Origin: Novakomyces olei | Taxonomy: Eukaryota | Assembly (NCBI GenBank): GCA_016906335.1 | Contig: JADEYG010000004.1 | Location: forward strand, 124,001-188,000 | Length of the DNA stretch: 64,000 bases | Direction of reading: 5' to 3' | In this document: piece after piece, positions 1 to 12,436 of the stretch | Layout of the letters: each line of letters begins with the position of its first letter | Position numbering within the stretch: position 1 is the stretch's first letter | Made by a program: the position numbers and the translations under genes | The notes under the pieces: model-generated | Told to the model about the DNA's origin: nothing | The model's database searches: none | Seen by the model: only the letters and a program-made list of their open reading frames with translations

Positions 1-3000
1 GATGCCGGGATATCCTTGTGCACGGACGTTGGCGGTGTCTTGAAGCCATAGTTGAAGAAATCACACAAGAAATTTAAAATGATACTGAGCGACTCGGGCT
101 GCTCAATAGTCAACGACGCAACAGCTGCGCGTAAAACTGTTTCTGCCAGGTCACTCGTACAAAGACGGATTGGAAATACCAATAACGTGTCGAGCATGAA
201 CCGGAAAAAGTCTTCCACCACTGTCAATTAGATATGAATAGATTGCGACATGGCATTAATGAATAAAATGTATGAAAAGATAGATGATTATGAGCAATGA
301 ATAAAACGGTAGTAGGTATTATAAATATAAATATAAACATAAACGTAAACGTAAACATAAACATAAACATAAACATAATAATAAACATAATATAAATAAA
401 AGAATAAATGTGAAAAAAAAAATTATTTTATTATTCATTCATTGTTGCAACCAAATCTCACATCATAAAACAATAGACATACCATCAGAAACCTGTTTTG
501 GATCATTGACGCTTAGAAACTTGAAGAAAAGCGTGCTCTGGCTCTGGATAAACTGCCAAAGGGCCTCCATATCAGCCCCCCCTGCTTCGCCATACTCACG
601 GACACAAGCTCCCGAGATCCAGAGGAAGCATCCGTACTGGAAGCGTACAAAATCGGCGACCAACTGTTCAGCCAGACGGGGCAGGAAGCGAATGCCATGC
701 TCACGGTAAGAAAACACAAAGACCCTGTAGCATTTACACACTCTTTCACACACAAACTGTTGAACTCCGCACTTGTCAACAACCGCAGCAAAAACGGGCC
801 ATATTTCTTCGAAAGCTTGTACACAGGGATGCTGCACTACTTGCTTCTGACTCGAGGGATCAATGTGCGGTTTGACTACTGACCCAAGGATAGCAATCAG
901 ATCTAAATCATCGGCGATTGGCCGCACGGCTGCCTTGTCCGAGGGATCCGTGCAAGCCTGCATTCTTGCCATAATACGATTGGCAATATTCACCAAGAAG
1001 AACTTCATAGACTCGTAGATCTTGTCGGCTGATTGCTCAGAGATTACATAGGCAATACCACTGATAACTTGTGCCTGAGATTCCGCGTCCATACTGTTGG
1101 CCAGCTGTTCGTAGAACGAAGTCAACTGGGGCAAGAAAGCGACTAATAATTCCCTACAATCCTCACAGAAATGTCGCAAAGCCAGGGCTGCTGCACTCAT
1201 AACCTCCTGGTCATTCAGAGTAAATCCCTCGGAGATATAATTTATCTGTGCCTCCATATACTCGGGGTGCTTGGCCGTCCATTCTGTATACCGTCCAATC
1301 ACCAGAGTGGCCGCGTACCGGATCTTTGTATTGTACTGATTGAGCCGGGGCAGTGTCTCCATTAGCCTTGGCAGTATGTTTGACTCAGTCACAGGGACTT
1401 CACGGGCCATTGCACGCATACTAAACAAGGGCGCTTCAATTGCCTGCCATTTAACTGGCTCTCCCGACTCGGCCCGGTCTAACTCTGACCGGACTTGCGT
1501 AAATGCCAGTAAAAGGCACCTTTCTCCGCCGGCCACGGCACAGCAGTCTTTCAGAACGTCTCCCATATCGTGTCGAAACTCTCGAAACTTATCTTCTGCT
1601 TCCCTATCGCCAGCGAAGGGATCTTCACCTTGGCCTTTGCTGGTGTTCACACTTGTTTTAGCATTGCTATCACTGTCGGGGTACTGCAATCTGGCCAGAA
1701 AAATATCAACCAGGTCCGTATAAATATGAGAAAAGACGGATCGCGCCTCCTCATAAGCCGGGAGAGTAATAAACCGGCGCAGCTCCAGCCAAAAGGGAAA
1801 CGTGTAGGAGATAACGTCAAGGTCCTCGTCAAATTTACATACATCAGAGACAGATTTGACCAGGCCGACAAACTGCTGAGGCAGTCTGGCGGCTAATACG
1901 ACCCAAGCATCGGCTGCTTCTGTGATTATTCGGGCATAGCCCTTGAACACTTGAGCGTCGTCCCGAACATTATGTAAATTAGCCTGTAAAGTTTCGATAT
2001 TTTTAGCCAGCCCTGCAATCACGGACATTGTTTCCTCGACGTCTCGAGTCTCGGCAATTACACTTATTACAAATTCACAGGCAGCCTCAAATAAAGCGTC
2101 GCTAGCAAGTGCTTCGAAAGCGATCCCAACAAACGGTGTACTAACCAAAGCATCAACTGGTATCTCTGCAACCCAGGTATTTAGGCAGTCAAAAACCTGT
2201 GATTGCACTCCAAACTTTTCAATAAACTGGGATAGTATGCTGACTACGGTAGCTGTATTGCTAGCCAATAGCTGATGCTCTTTTTCCGCCAATACCTCCT
2301 CCGGAATTGAAGTTCTTCGTGCATCATTCACTTCTTCTGGCAGAACAGTTATAAAGTACAGCAAGCATTTCCAGCCATCTGCGTCCACACCACATCGCCC
2401 ATACAAATCCTGGATCGGTGTTTTCCATTCGCGCATTTGCAGAGCTAAAGTAGCTAACGCCACAGCCAATTGTGTAGTCACCGGCCGCGGTCCATGACGG
2501 TTGGCTAGCATTAATTCTACCAAAGTTTCGCGCAATTGCGGCACCGATGAAGGCGTTAATTGGTGAAAATCGTACGAGATCTGACGGTGTGACATGTTAG
2601 CAAATGCAATTCTTCTACAATTCTTTTACGTTTTTTTTTTTTAATTTAATTGTTTTCTTGTATTTTAATTATTATTTTTATTTCTTTTAATTTTGTTTTG
2701 GTTATTTAATCACTCTCCATTCATTCTTTTCTGCTTCCCTTCCATATATTCAATCGCGTACCTTTGTCTTCAACGTCTGAGCTGCAAATAACCGTACTTC
2801 CACCGCAGGCCGTTGCAGTAGTGTCGTGCTTAGCACCCATGCGTCCATCTAGGCAGACAATAAAAAGACAGGTTAGTAATCTTGTGTATGGCCATATTTG
2901 AATTACAGATTTTTGGAACTCTTCCAACGACGACTGGGCACGCAGCTTATTTTCACGAGGCGCATTTGAAAAAAGCGTTGCCAGCGCTGATTCCACCTCG

Positions 3001-3023
3001 GCCTCACCGTTCACGCTGGCCAT
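1..3023 (-). CDS. MTR10: Importin-beta family karyopherin Mtr10/transportin-SR; 3' end runs off the window
   Basis: Spliced by hand: exons 3023-2907, 2848-2762, 2580-483, 220-1, all GT-AG with CTAAY-type branch sites. Gives MASVNG..LEEFQKS/MDAW..RLFAAQTLKTK/ISYDFHQL..FREFRHDMGDVLKDCC..WQAIEAPLFSMRAM..RYTEWTAKHP, typical of Mtr10. Confidence 0.92.
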
Positions 3024-3422
3024 CGCTTCATGTGTATTCTGCACTTTTGTAAAGTATATTATGTACGAGTTTTATGATATTCAATTGCTGATTTTTGCGA
3101 TTTTATTTTCTTTTGACTTTTTATTGGTGAATTTTACTTATTTGACATTGCTCGCTCTTTTACATTTTGAGATTGCAGTGTATTGCTTGGCCATCGAGCA
3201 AATTTACTTACATTATTATACGAATGGTTACTATGTAGTTTTCACGAGGGCACAATGCTGCCTTGAAACCGATTATAAAATATACACAATTATATAAAAT
3301 ATACAATTTTATACAATTATATTTACAATCATGTATAATATTTGGAATAAAGATATTTAGTATATGAACATTAGCACAGACGGCGGCCATCGTTCATACG
3401 CTAACCGTTAAATTACGCCAAT

Positions 3423-3863
3423 ATGTCGGGTCGGCCTCACAAGGTTATGATCCCTCCGATCGTAAGTGCCCAGCTCTTGATACGTGCTAATTATAGACAT
3501 TTATTTTCAAACTTCTTCAGCAGGTAAGCGATTAGTCGGGAGGATTTAGGTTTTTGCGCGCGCAAAGTATCTAACGAGCCCAGCGTGTTACAGTTCAGGT
3601 GTGGTTGTACGAGCAAGTGGATGCGCGCTTGGAGGGCAAAATTAGGGTAAGGCATATGCCGCTTATATTTTATTGCTAAAAGTTAATTATAAAGGGGTTT
3701 GACGAGTTTATGAATGTTGTGCTTGACGATGCAGTAGAAATTGATCTGCGCAAGAACGTGCGCAGAGACTTGGGTATATGTGAATTCAAACGCACGCGGC
3801 TAACAATTAGGCCGAATTATGTTAAAGGGAGACAACATTACCCTGATACAGGCCAGCACCTAG
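3423..3863 (+). CDS. SME1: Small nuclear ribonucleoprotein SmE (5 exons)
   Basis: Introns 3462-3496, 3524-3583, 3647-3694, 3774-3810. Spliced product [76 protein letters not shown] has the SmE Sm1/Sm2 motifs. Confidence 0.95.
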
Positions 3864-4236
3864 CATGCGTGGCCTTTATCTCGATAGATATTCAATTGAA
3901 AACGCATTGTTGATTTGTTCTGGCGAGACCTGTCTAGTTTATGTTTCTACAAAGATGAAGTTATCCCGGAATTCACTTTAGTCGGTTGGAATTAAGAGAC
4001 CGCCATTTCCTCTTGGCTGAGAGTAAACGATATCGCTATAAGTATTCCTAGTATTGTTCAAAGCCTTGAAATTAGTGCAATCGCAAATTGCAATGGACAG
4101 TGTTATTGTGGGTCTCTACTCCTCTTCAACCACAATTCTATCGACCGATCAAACACGCACCACTATCGCTTTCCATCCCATATAGTCCCGTTTTAAGTAC
4201 TCTTTTACAAATATCATTGTCTTCCTACAATGCAGT

Positions 4237-4962
4237 CTACTCGTCTCTTTGCCACACACCTAAAGGCGAAACGTACGCATCTACAGGTCTGTCATGCGGT
4301 TCTGTAGGAATGGCGCCATGTGAAAGCACTTGGGCCGTAAGAACCGCGGCCACTATTGCTTAGATTCGTATTAAATTGTATTCCACTTACCCGTGTAGGG
4401 AGAGCTGGTACACTGCGCCAGGTATCTATCGTAAAACCCCATTCCATGACCGAGCCTATTGTGAAGGGTATCGACGGCCATACACGGCATTAAAATTAGA
4501 TCAAGAGTCTTTGCACAGGGGCCCGCATCGTGTGCCGGTTCGGGGATCCCGTAAGCATTTTTTGGTAAGCAATAAACAGAATTCGGATCTTTGACCTGGA
4601 CCATATCCATAGCACGGCCCTTTACTCTGGGTACAAAGACGTTCTTGCCTAGATAATGTTTTTAATGTCAGTTTGCTCTCGCATTAGGCTGCCTATATTT
4701 ACCTTGAGCAAATGCGCTATGAACTATATCTCGAGTATTGATCTCGCCTTGTGGCAGCGACAAGAAAACGCTAACGTTACGTGCTTGGCGCCATTGTTCA
4801 AGGGCAAGCACTCGCTCTGTCACTGCTTGCGCTTTGATTGGATTCTTTTAGTATAATGGATCCAACAAAACATTGATAAAACATACATTGCCGCGCTAAT
4901 TCGGCTGCTGGAATTGCGGCTAATCTCGCGGAAATCTCGCGCCTTAAGCCTTTCTTGCTCAT
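4237..4962 (-). CDS. FAU1: 5-formyltetrahydrofolate cyclo-ligase (MTHFS), multi-exon
   Basis: Spliced product MSKKGLRREISARL..VSVFLSLPQGEINT..KNVFVPR..YGIPEP..LDLILMPCMAVD..RLGHGMGFYDRYL..IPTEPHDRPVD contains the RLGxGxGxYD and HDxxxD motifs. Confidence 0.9.
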
Positions 4963-5262
4963 GAGGGTTGGTACATGATTTTTATTTTAATATTGCAATA
5001 CCTTTTTTTATTTTATTTTATCAAAGTATTATTTATTTAGTGCAATACAATTGCTCTGACTGTAGCTAATGCCACGGTAATGACATTAACGGATAAAGCT
5101 TCAATGTATATTGCTCAAACGCGCAACTCTATGTAGTTCAAATGCTCTGCTTCAATCGCGGATAAGCGTGATAGTTTGCGTTCAGGTACTTGTCAATGGT
5201 CAGCATTTACCATATTTCATCAAGGCTTTAATTATGTATATTTTTTGATGCGCAAAGCCAAT

Positions 5263-5264
<2 letters not shown>

Positions 5265-5314
<50 letters not shown>

Positions 5315-5317
5315 TTT
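5265..5317. repeat. (TTTA)n microsatellite
   Basis: Perfect tetranucleotide run in the FAU1/NUR1 divergent intergenic region. Confidence 0.95.
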
Positions 5318-5433
5318 TTTAATATTTTATACGTTTATATTAGGTTTTAACCTTTATTTGTTTATTGTTTTTATTATCAGTCCCCGGTTTACGTACTATG
5401 CTTCCTCAAAGCTAAGGCTTGATAGCTAAAGCT

Positions 5434-6953
5434 ATGCCTTCACGACTCGTGCGCCGGCAGACGCTGAGCGAACGTCTTGCTGCAGCTCCCGCTAACGCGT
5501 ATCTTGCTGCCGCAGAATGGTGTTTGTCCGTTGATTGGTCGGCCGTTGAACGCGAGCGTATGGTCTCTGTTCCTATCGCGCTAGCACTTAATTTCATCGT
5601 TATCGTGTGCCGATACGCGACTACGCGACCGCGTCTGCCTCAACGGCAAGACGTGTTTGGTGAGGCCGTTCATACGGGTGATAGCGATGGCCGTCGATGG
5701 GTAAGGCGCGAGAGTCTATCACTTGTTTTCAATTTGTTTTCAATTTGTTTTCAGTTTGTTTTCAGTTTATTTTCAATTTATTCGTTTTATTTGCCATTTT
5801 TTTCTTTCAACGAAAATATTCGGTGACTCTAATCTGCTCCCGCAGCCTCACGTGTATTTGGTTCAATTCTTATGCTTGTTCCTTGTTTCAAACTGACATT
5901 TCGTCGTTACAGGTTTCTTTACTGGCCTACGCGCTGTTTGTTTCGAGTGTGGTTAATGCCTACTCGTGCTATTCGAATTACCGAACCTATCAGCTTCTCA
6001 ATGCCTCGGGTGATGTATGCAAATTTTTTTTTATTCAGTTCTAATCTTTCAGCTATCTCGTGAATCAGTCAATGCTGAGCTTACAACGATCGACGACTCG
6101 CCCGCGCGTGTTTTCAGCCCAATGTCGGCTATTGCGAATATGTTATCGTACGTCCTTTGATCTTGTAGACTTTAAAACATTTGCAATCTGCTTCGTCCGT
6201 CGTTGTCAAATGACTCTTTAGCTGGACCTTTGTTTTGCAGCTTCTTTTTAATGCCTCGCGTTACTCATTCCTGCCAGACAAAAACCGGCTCGGGAAAAAC
6301 GGCAAGTATGGAGCTTACGCGTCTGGGACCCGCCGCTCTTACAGCTTCGACTGCTCTGCTTATTCAGCCCTGTTGATGTGGCCGGTCTTTGGCTTCTTCC
6401 CCTGCAATTCCCGACCATTTTACTGCTTCTTGCCGTCTCTCTGCAAACCCTCTACTTGAGTATGCGCAGCCAGCAGCAACTCCGCGATCGTCAATTGCTT
6501 TCTCGCGAGTACGTACACGAGTATGACGTCAACTTTGTCAATCCTCGAGTATTCGCTCGACGACGCGAAGTCGCCGTCAATACTGCTCCGATAGGTGCAG
6601 AATCGGCAATTATTGAAGTATCCACTCCTCGGCATTTACTGCCAAAAGACTGGCGTTCTTCTGGCAGTTCAAGTCCAACGCCTTCAGAGACTCCAGCGGC
6701 TTCTTCAGTTGCTCAGAGTAACCCTTTTCAGACTCCGGCTCGTCGAGATCCTCGAGTCCTGCGGCCTTCTCAACCGGCAAAGACCCCGGCTCCATCTTCT
6801 CCGCTCAAGTGGAGACCTGTAATGGGTGTATCCTCAAATGTAAGACGAAGCTCGGGAATAGCGCCCGCCAGCCCATACATTTCCAGTAACCGGGGCGGTT
6901 ACAATCCGGGCGGCTGGGGCGACACGTTTACCGGCAGCCCCAAAAAAAATTAA
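5434..6953 (+). CDS. NUR1: Nuclear rim protein Nur1/Mug154 family (4 exons)
   Basis: N-terminus MPSRLVRRQTLSERL, TM segments, NAYSCYSNYRTYQLL, VWSLRVWDP..LCLFSP and LLSREYVHEYDVNFVNPR match the Nur1/Mug154 pattern. GT-AG introns join the frames. Confidence 0.82.
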
Positions 6954-7169
6954 AATTAAATACCAGTTTGACATTGGCATTCATTGGTACATGTTTATAC
7001 AAAAAGGGTGTATATCTCTTCACACTCATATGCTTCGTCTTTACATTCTTCTTTTTCCTCTCTTGAAGAAAAGCATTAAAAGCTGATTAAACAAAACAAT
7101 CTTCTACCCTCCACCTTGTATTCGTTCATTTTGTGTTCAATGTACATAGACAAGTATGCTCTAAAAATG

Positions 7170-7791
7170 CTATAAAGGCTCCTGGCTAGCCTCGGGCTTG
7201 CCTTCCGCTCTACGGTCTCGTTCAATCATAAACTCCCGTACTCGCCGCTCTTCCAGTTGCTCAGACCACCACCACATGAGCAGAATATCGCAAAAGAGCA
7301 CAGAGCTTATAATCAGCCTTGTGCGCGGTTTGATCCCTATTCGATTAATTCACTAGTCATTTTCAAATATGCTTTATTTTGTCTAGAGACTCACGTTTCC
7401 AACTGGCCCAGAGCGAGCCCGGGTTCTTTTGCGGTTCCTGCGAGACCTGATGAGCAGCAATCCAATCGGGGATACGCCCCCGCGGCCGAATCTCGGCTTT
7501 TTCCGGCCCATTAGCTGGCAACGGCGGCTGCCGTAAATCCCGCGCACGAGTTTCCGGGTTCAAAGTTTCTCCTTTGCCGTTCGCTCTCTTTCCCGTATTA
7601 CTACTGGCCTGTTTACGTGCCCGTCGCCAGCGCTGCTCAGCGTCGTCCTTGTACGGTCAGTATTGAGCATTTAAAAAAATTTACTCCCAAAGACATGCTT
7701 CCTGTTGCGATCTATGCTGCAATTGTACACGTCTCTAATCTTTCTCAATACTATTCACCTGCTGTTCCCTCCCGAGGCCGTCCTGATTCAT
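7170..7791 (-). CDS. Small single-pass membrane protein of unknown function; start uncertain (7791 or 7696)
   Basis: GTAAAT..CTGAC..AAG and GTGAGT..TAG introns join DDAEQRWRRARK..KNPGSLWASWK-RIKPRTRLIISSVLFCDILLMWWWSEQLEERRVREF..QEPL*, an open spliced frame with one hydrophobic segment. Confidence 0.7.
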
Positions 7792-8005
7792 ATTGTATGG
7801 CAGATCTTTTTTTATATTTTTTTAATGACGAGTGTGGTTATACACTGTGAATACATGTACATAAATAAATAAATATATATAAATATATATGACAATCTAT
7901 ACGCTTTTGCATTATATACATAAAGCGGCCTTAATATGAGAGCGATGATATAATCAATCATACCCCGTCAGCGGCAATGCGTGGAATTGCGCCGATAATA
8001 TAGCA

Positions 8006-10882
8006 ATGGCAAAGCAGCGGGTGGAGGAGTCAAGAAAAAAGGGGACAAAATCCAAAGTACCAGAGCGGCAACAAAAATCAAGCAAAAACTCGCGCGAGCC
8101 CAAGACGAAACGGCCGTTTGCTGACGATGAGCAATCACACGAAAATGCGATTAAAGTCGAGAGCGACGCATTCCATGCATTTGCCTCTGGCGATAGTGAA
8201 AGCGAGGAGGACAATGGAACAGAAAATGGAACGGGAAGTGGAAATGGAGATGGACGGAGAAAGTTTGATGCGTATGACGAAAAGGCTAATGTAGGCGAAA
8301 AAGAAGGAGCAATGTCAAATGAGGATAGTGATAGCGATATAGACTGGCAAGATGTTGCAGTCGGAGAAACCAGCACTCGAGAAGCACATAATGACGAGAA
8401 TGAGGCAGAAGGTTCTGGCGATCTTCATGTCTCTATGGACGCTACGCCTCGCGTAGACATGTAAGTGAATACAAAAATAAAAGCACGATTGAAGAAGAAA
8501 AGAAACAAGGAAATAAAGGGGAAAAAAGAAATAAAGAAGGAACAAAAGAGAAAAAAATCAATCAATAAACAGTTGATTGCATCCAAGAGCGCATCCAAGA
8601 GCGCTCACCTTCACTGGCACTCGGGCATTGAGAATATAAACGCAGGTGCTGAGGATAGAGAGTGTTTATTAAAAAAGTCCAATAAAGAAACAAAGCACAG
8701 ATTGAATACTGACAGGGTAGCAAGCGCAGCACGGCTCGAACGGAGAGGGAGAAAAGCATACGTAAAAGCGTAAATCTTTTACATATACAAACGCTGGTTG
8801 AGCATGGTCGGGTTCGCAATGCGTGGATTAACAATGAAAAAGTACAGGCGACCGTACGGTCACGGGCAGAGACAGATATAAGCCGTGTGATAGCCTTATT
8901 AAAGCCGGACAGTGCAAAAGTAGCACCAGAATCGTCTTCGCTGGCGGCTGCGGCTGCTCAAAGACGAAGGAGAAGACCTGCTCGGCAGCCGAAACGCCAA
9001 AAGCTGGAAAACGAACCATGTCAGCAGCAAAATGCTTCAATTTATGATAGGGTTTCCACAGATACATTATGGTCAGTGTTACGTAGTACAATGAGCTGGT
9101 TCCACCAGAAGTTCACAGTCAATAGAAATGGATTGCGCAAACTCGGCTATCGGCCGCCGGCACTGGTAAAACCAGATGGATCCATTGAACAAGCTTTGCT
9201 CAATATGCAAAGCTTCAATGATATCGATGAGTTTATTGCTGCAGCTCAAGCTATGGAAGGAAGCCGAGATTTTGGAGCGCAATTGTACACTGCCTTGCTG
9301 CGATCACTCGGGTACGATGCAAGGCTGATATTTTCGTTACAGCCTTTGGGCTCTTCATTTACCCGTTCTGAAGACTATGAAGAAGCAACAGAAGAAAAGA
9401 TTGATGGTGAAGCTAATAGCGAGGAAGTAAATAAAAAACGGGGCAAAGCACACAACCGACTTAAAAACGACCGGGATTTGAAGACACCAATTTACTGGTC
9501 CGAAGTTTGGATGGGAGGCAATGACGGATGGATGCCGGTTGATGCTGTAGTGCTGGACATTGCTGCAACTAATAGTAAATTATTGACAATGTTTAAGCCG
9601 CGCGATGCTCTTGCGGACACAGTAAAATTGGGGATGGGAATTGTAGTTGCGTATAATGAAGATATGAGCGTGAAGGACGTCACTTTACGGTACTTGAAGA
9701 CGCTCAATAGTGAGCGTGTTAGAAGGATACGACCCCAGCGACGTAGTGCAAAGAGTGCTTCAGATCCGGTCAAGCGTATTCTTCGTCTACATGCTAGAAA
9801 GGATCCAACAGAGAGAGATGTTGCGGAAGATTCGGTTCTTGCTCCACCAGCGCCAGTAACAGAAGGGGAGCCTCAGTCGCTTTCAGACTATAAAAACCAC
9901 CCAGAGTATGATCAGTGCTTTGTGTTATTATTTTATTATTCACTTTTTTGCTAGTTTATTTTTCTCTTAAATTTACAATTAAAATCTAAAGTTCAGGTAC
10001 GTTCTCGAGCGGCACCTACTCCGCGAGGAAGCTCTTGCACCGGGAGCTAAGCCTGTGCGAGCATATGGCAAACAGTCCGAGCCTGTCTTCTTGAGACGTG
10101 ATGTGCTACAGTGCCGCACGCCTGAAGTATGGTATAAAGAAGGACGAATCGTCCGAGAAGGCGAGCAGCCGAGGAAGCAGGTAAGGTCGAGGGCGGTAAC
10201 GTTACAGCGTAAACGGGAGCAGGAACAAGAAGGTGCAACGGCTCTGGCGAACTTGTACAGCTACGATCAGACCGAGAAGTATGTTCCCCCACCTGTAAAA
10301 GATGGTATAGTGCCTCGTGGGCCTTATGGGAATTTGGACTGTTTTGTTCCAGAGATGGTTCCAGAGGGAGGGACGCATTTGCCATTGCGTGGAGCAGCCA
10401 AGGTGGCCAAAAAGCTGGATATCAGTTATGCCGATGCTATAGTAAGTGGGATCTCTTTTAAAATTAAATATTGTTCAAGGGACAGCAATGTGAAACGATA
10501 TGAACCTGATTTCAACTTTAAAGTCTATATTGAGTCGTTTACCCCTTTTCTGATTTGAATGACTGTATTTTTCCAACGTCTGTTTCTCCGAGCTACATTA
10601 ACTTGGTTCTCGTGTGGACTTTATCCTGTTCCTCTCCAATTCGAGCCGTTCTAACAGCAGACACACTTTGAGTATAGACGAGCCCGGGCAATTCCAGTGG
10701 CGACGGGGATAATTGTACCCAGTGAACTGGCAGAAACAGTGCGGAGCGCGTGGGAAACGTCACAGCAAGTAGAGACAGAGAAACAGGAGGCAAAACGCCG
10801 AGATCGTGTATTTGCACAGTGGCGAAGATTCTACCAGGCTCTTCGGATCAGAGCGCATGTTGCTCGAGAGTACGGCAAGTAG
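8006..10882 (+). CDS. RAD4: Nucleotide excision repair damage sensor Rad4/XPC family (4 exons)
   Basis: Introns 8461-8720, 9906-9996, 10442-10660. Motifs [71 protein letters not shown] (transglutaminase-like + BHD1-3). Confidence 0.92.
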
Positions 10883-11749
10883 GCCTGATTTGCAGGTGGC
10901 GCTAGAGGACGCTGGTAAAAGCATACATGACTCTGGAAATATGGAGTGTTGCAGAAACAGATTGCCTGTACCTGTAGTGTATTCGTTACGCGTCTATAAT
11001 TCTCCGCCTATTACATCTCCTGAATTCACGTGCCTATGATATCTCCTCCGTAACCCTCCAAATAGTCAATGTTAAATTGGAAATGACGTCTATAGCACAA
11101 ACATCTCCCAATACAATTTCAGAGCACTGTCCGTCTGTGCTGATCGCCGTCCTGTGTCACATACTGCTACATGTCTTGGCGGAAAACCCTTACAGTAGAT
11201 CTATTCAAGATTTCTTTTTTAAGATTTCAAAGATTTAAAGGATTTAAAAGACTTGAAAGATTTAAAAAATTACTTTTAAAAATTACTTTTTAAAAATTAC
11301 TTTCCAAGTTTTCAAAGTTTTCTTTTAGTATGCTTCCTTAATTATATCACTCGTCATCTCGCGTATAGCCCGTCGGCAGGCATTTCCCGATCAGGATATA
11401 ATGAATACGCGACACATTGCTAGCTCGGTAGTCGGTACCGTTTACCCGATTGGGCTGCGTCCCACTGAACTAGGCCCCTTTTCTTCCAGACCTTGGTCTC
11501 TCGCCGTACTGTGTAATTGCGACATTTTGGAGTAAATGAATGATCACTAATCGTTGCTATTAGTGGATGAAAATGTCGGCCTGCTCCCTTTGACATCAGT
11601 GCAAAGTAATCGCGCAGCAGAGGTGTCATCGGCCTTGGCAGGGTGGTTTGTAAGCGGATAAGTACTGCGTTTATTTGCTTTTTTCGTTCCCGCCTCAGAA
11701 TCGGAAGACGTTGCGGTTTGACTGCGGCTAAACAGCGGCTTTGCTCAGT

Positions 11750-11816
11750 CAGTGTCGAGTCAGTGCCGAGTCAGTGCCGAGTCAGTGCCGAGTCAGTGCC
11801 GAGTCAGTGTCGAGTC
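11750..11816. repeat. 11-bp tandem repeat (CAGTGYCGAGT) x6
   Basis: Directly visible about 0.65 kb upstream of the Zn2Cys6 gene. Confidence 0.92.
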
Positions 11817-12436
11817 TAGTATCCACGTCAGCGGTACAGATCCGGGACAGGCTGCAGAGCAGCAGGCAGTTTAACTAAACAAAGGCAGATTGCAGGCAGA
11901 TCGCAGGCATATTTGCTGGCATAATTGACCAGTGCAATTCACAGCAAGGGCCATAGTATATAGGCTCGGCTCGTTTACCCTTTGCCAGCAGAGATCTTGC
12001 TGCCGGCCAATAAATCGGCAAATAAATAACTGATCGTCCACCGATCTCGGTGGATCGAACTCGTCCGGCCAAAGCTGCTTGGTTGGAGCTTTATTCTATT
12101 CGGTTCAATTTCGTTCTTGAGTGATCTTTTGTCTGAACGAGTTTGCGCTCAATTGGCTCTGACAAGTGTCCGCCGAATAGTTTGGTATTTTTTTTACCAG
12201 ACTACTCTACTACTTTTCCACTTTACTACTTTTCCACTTTCGCCGACTTGATCGATCTGGTACAGATCAATTTACCTCTTTACTCGAGGGCTAAACGGCA
12301 TCAGCGCTTGTCTACTCGAGGCTGATCCTCTACTTTTCCTCTACTTTTCCTCTTCTCTTCCTTAACTTTCCTTACTTTTCCTTCCTTAACCCTACACGAT
12401 TACTGTGGTCGGCTACAGATTGGACAGCATGCACGC

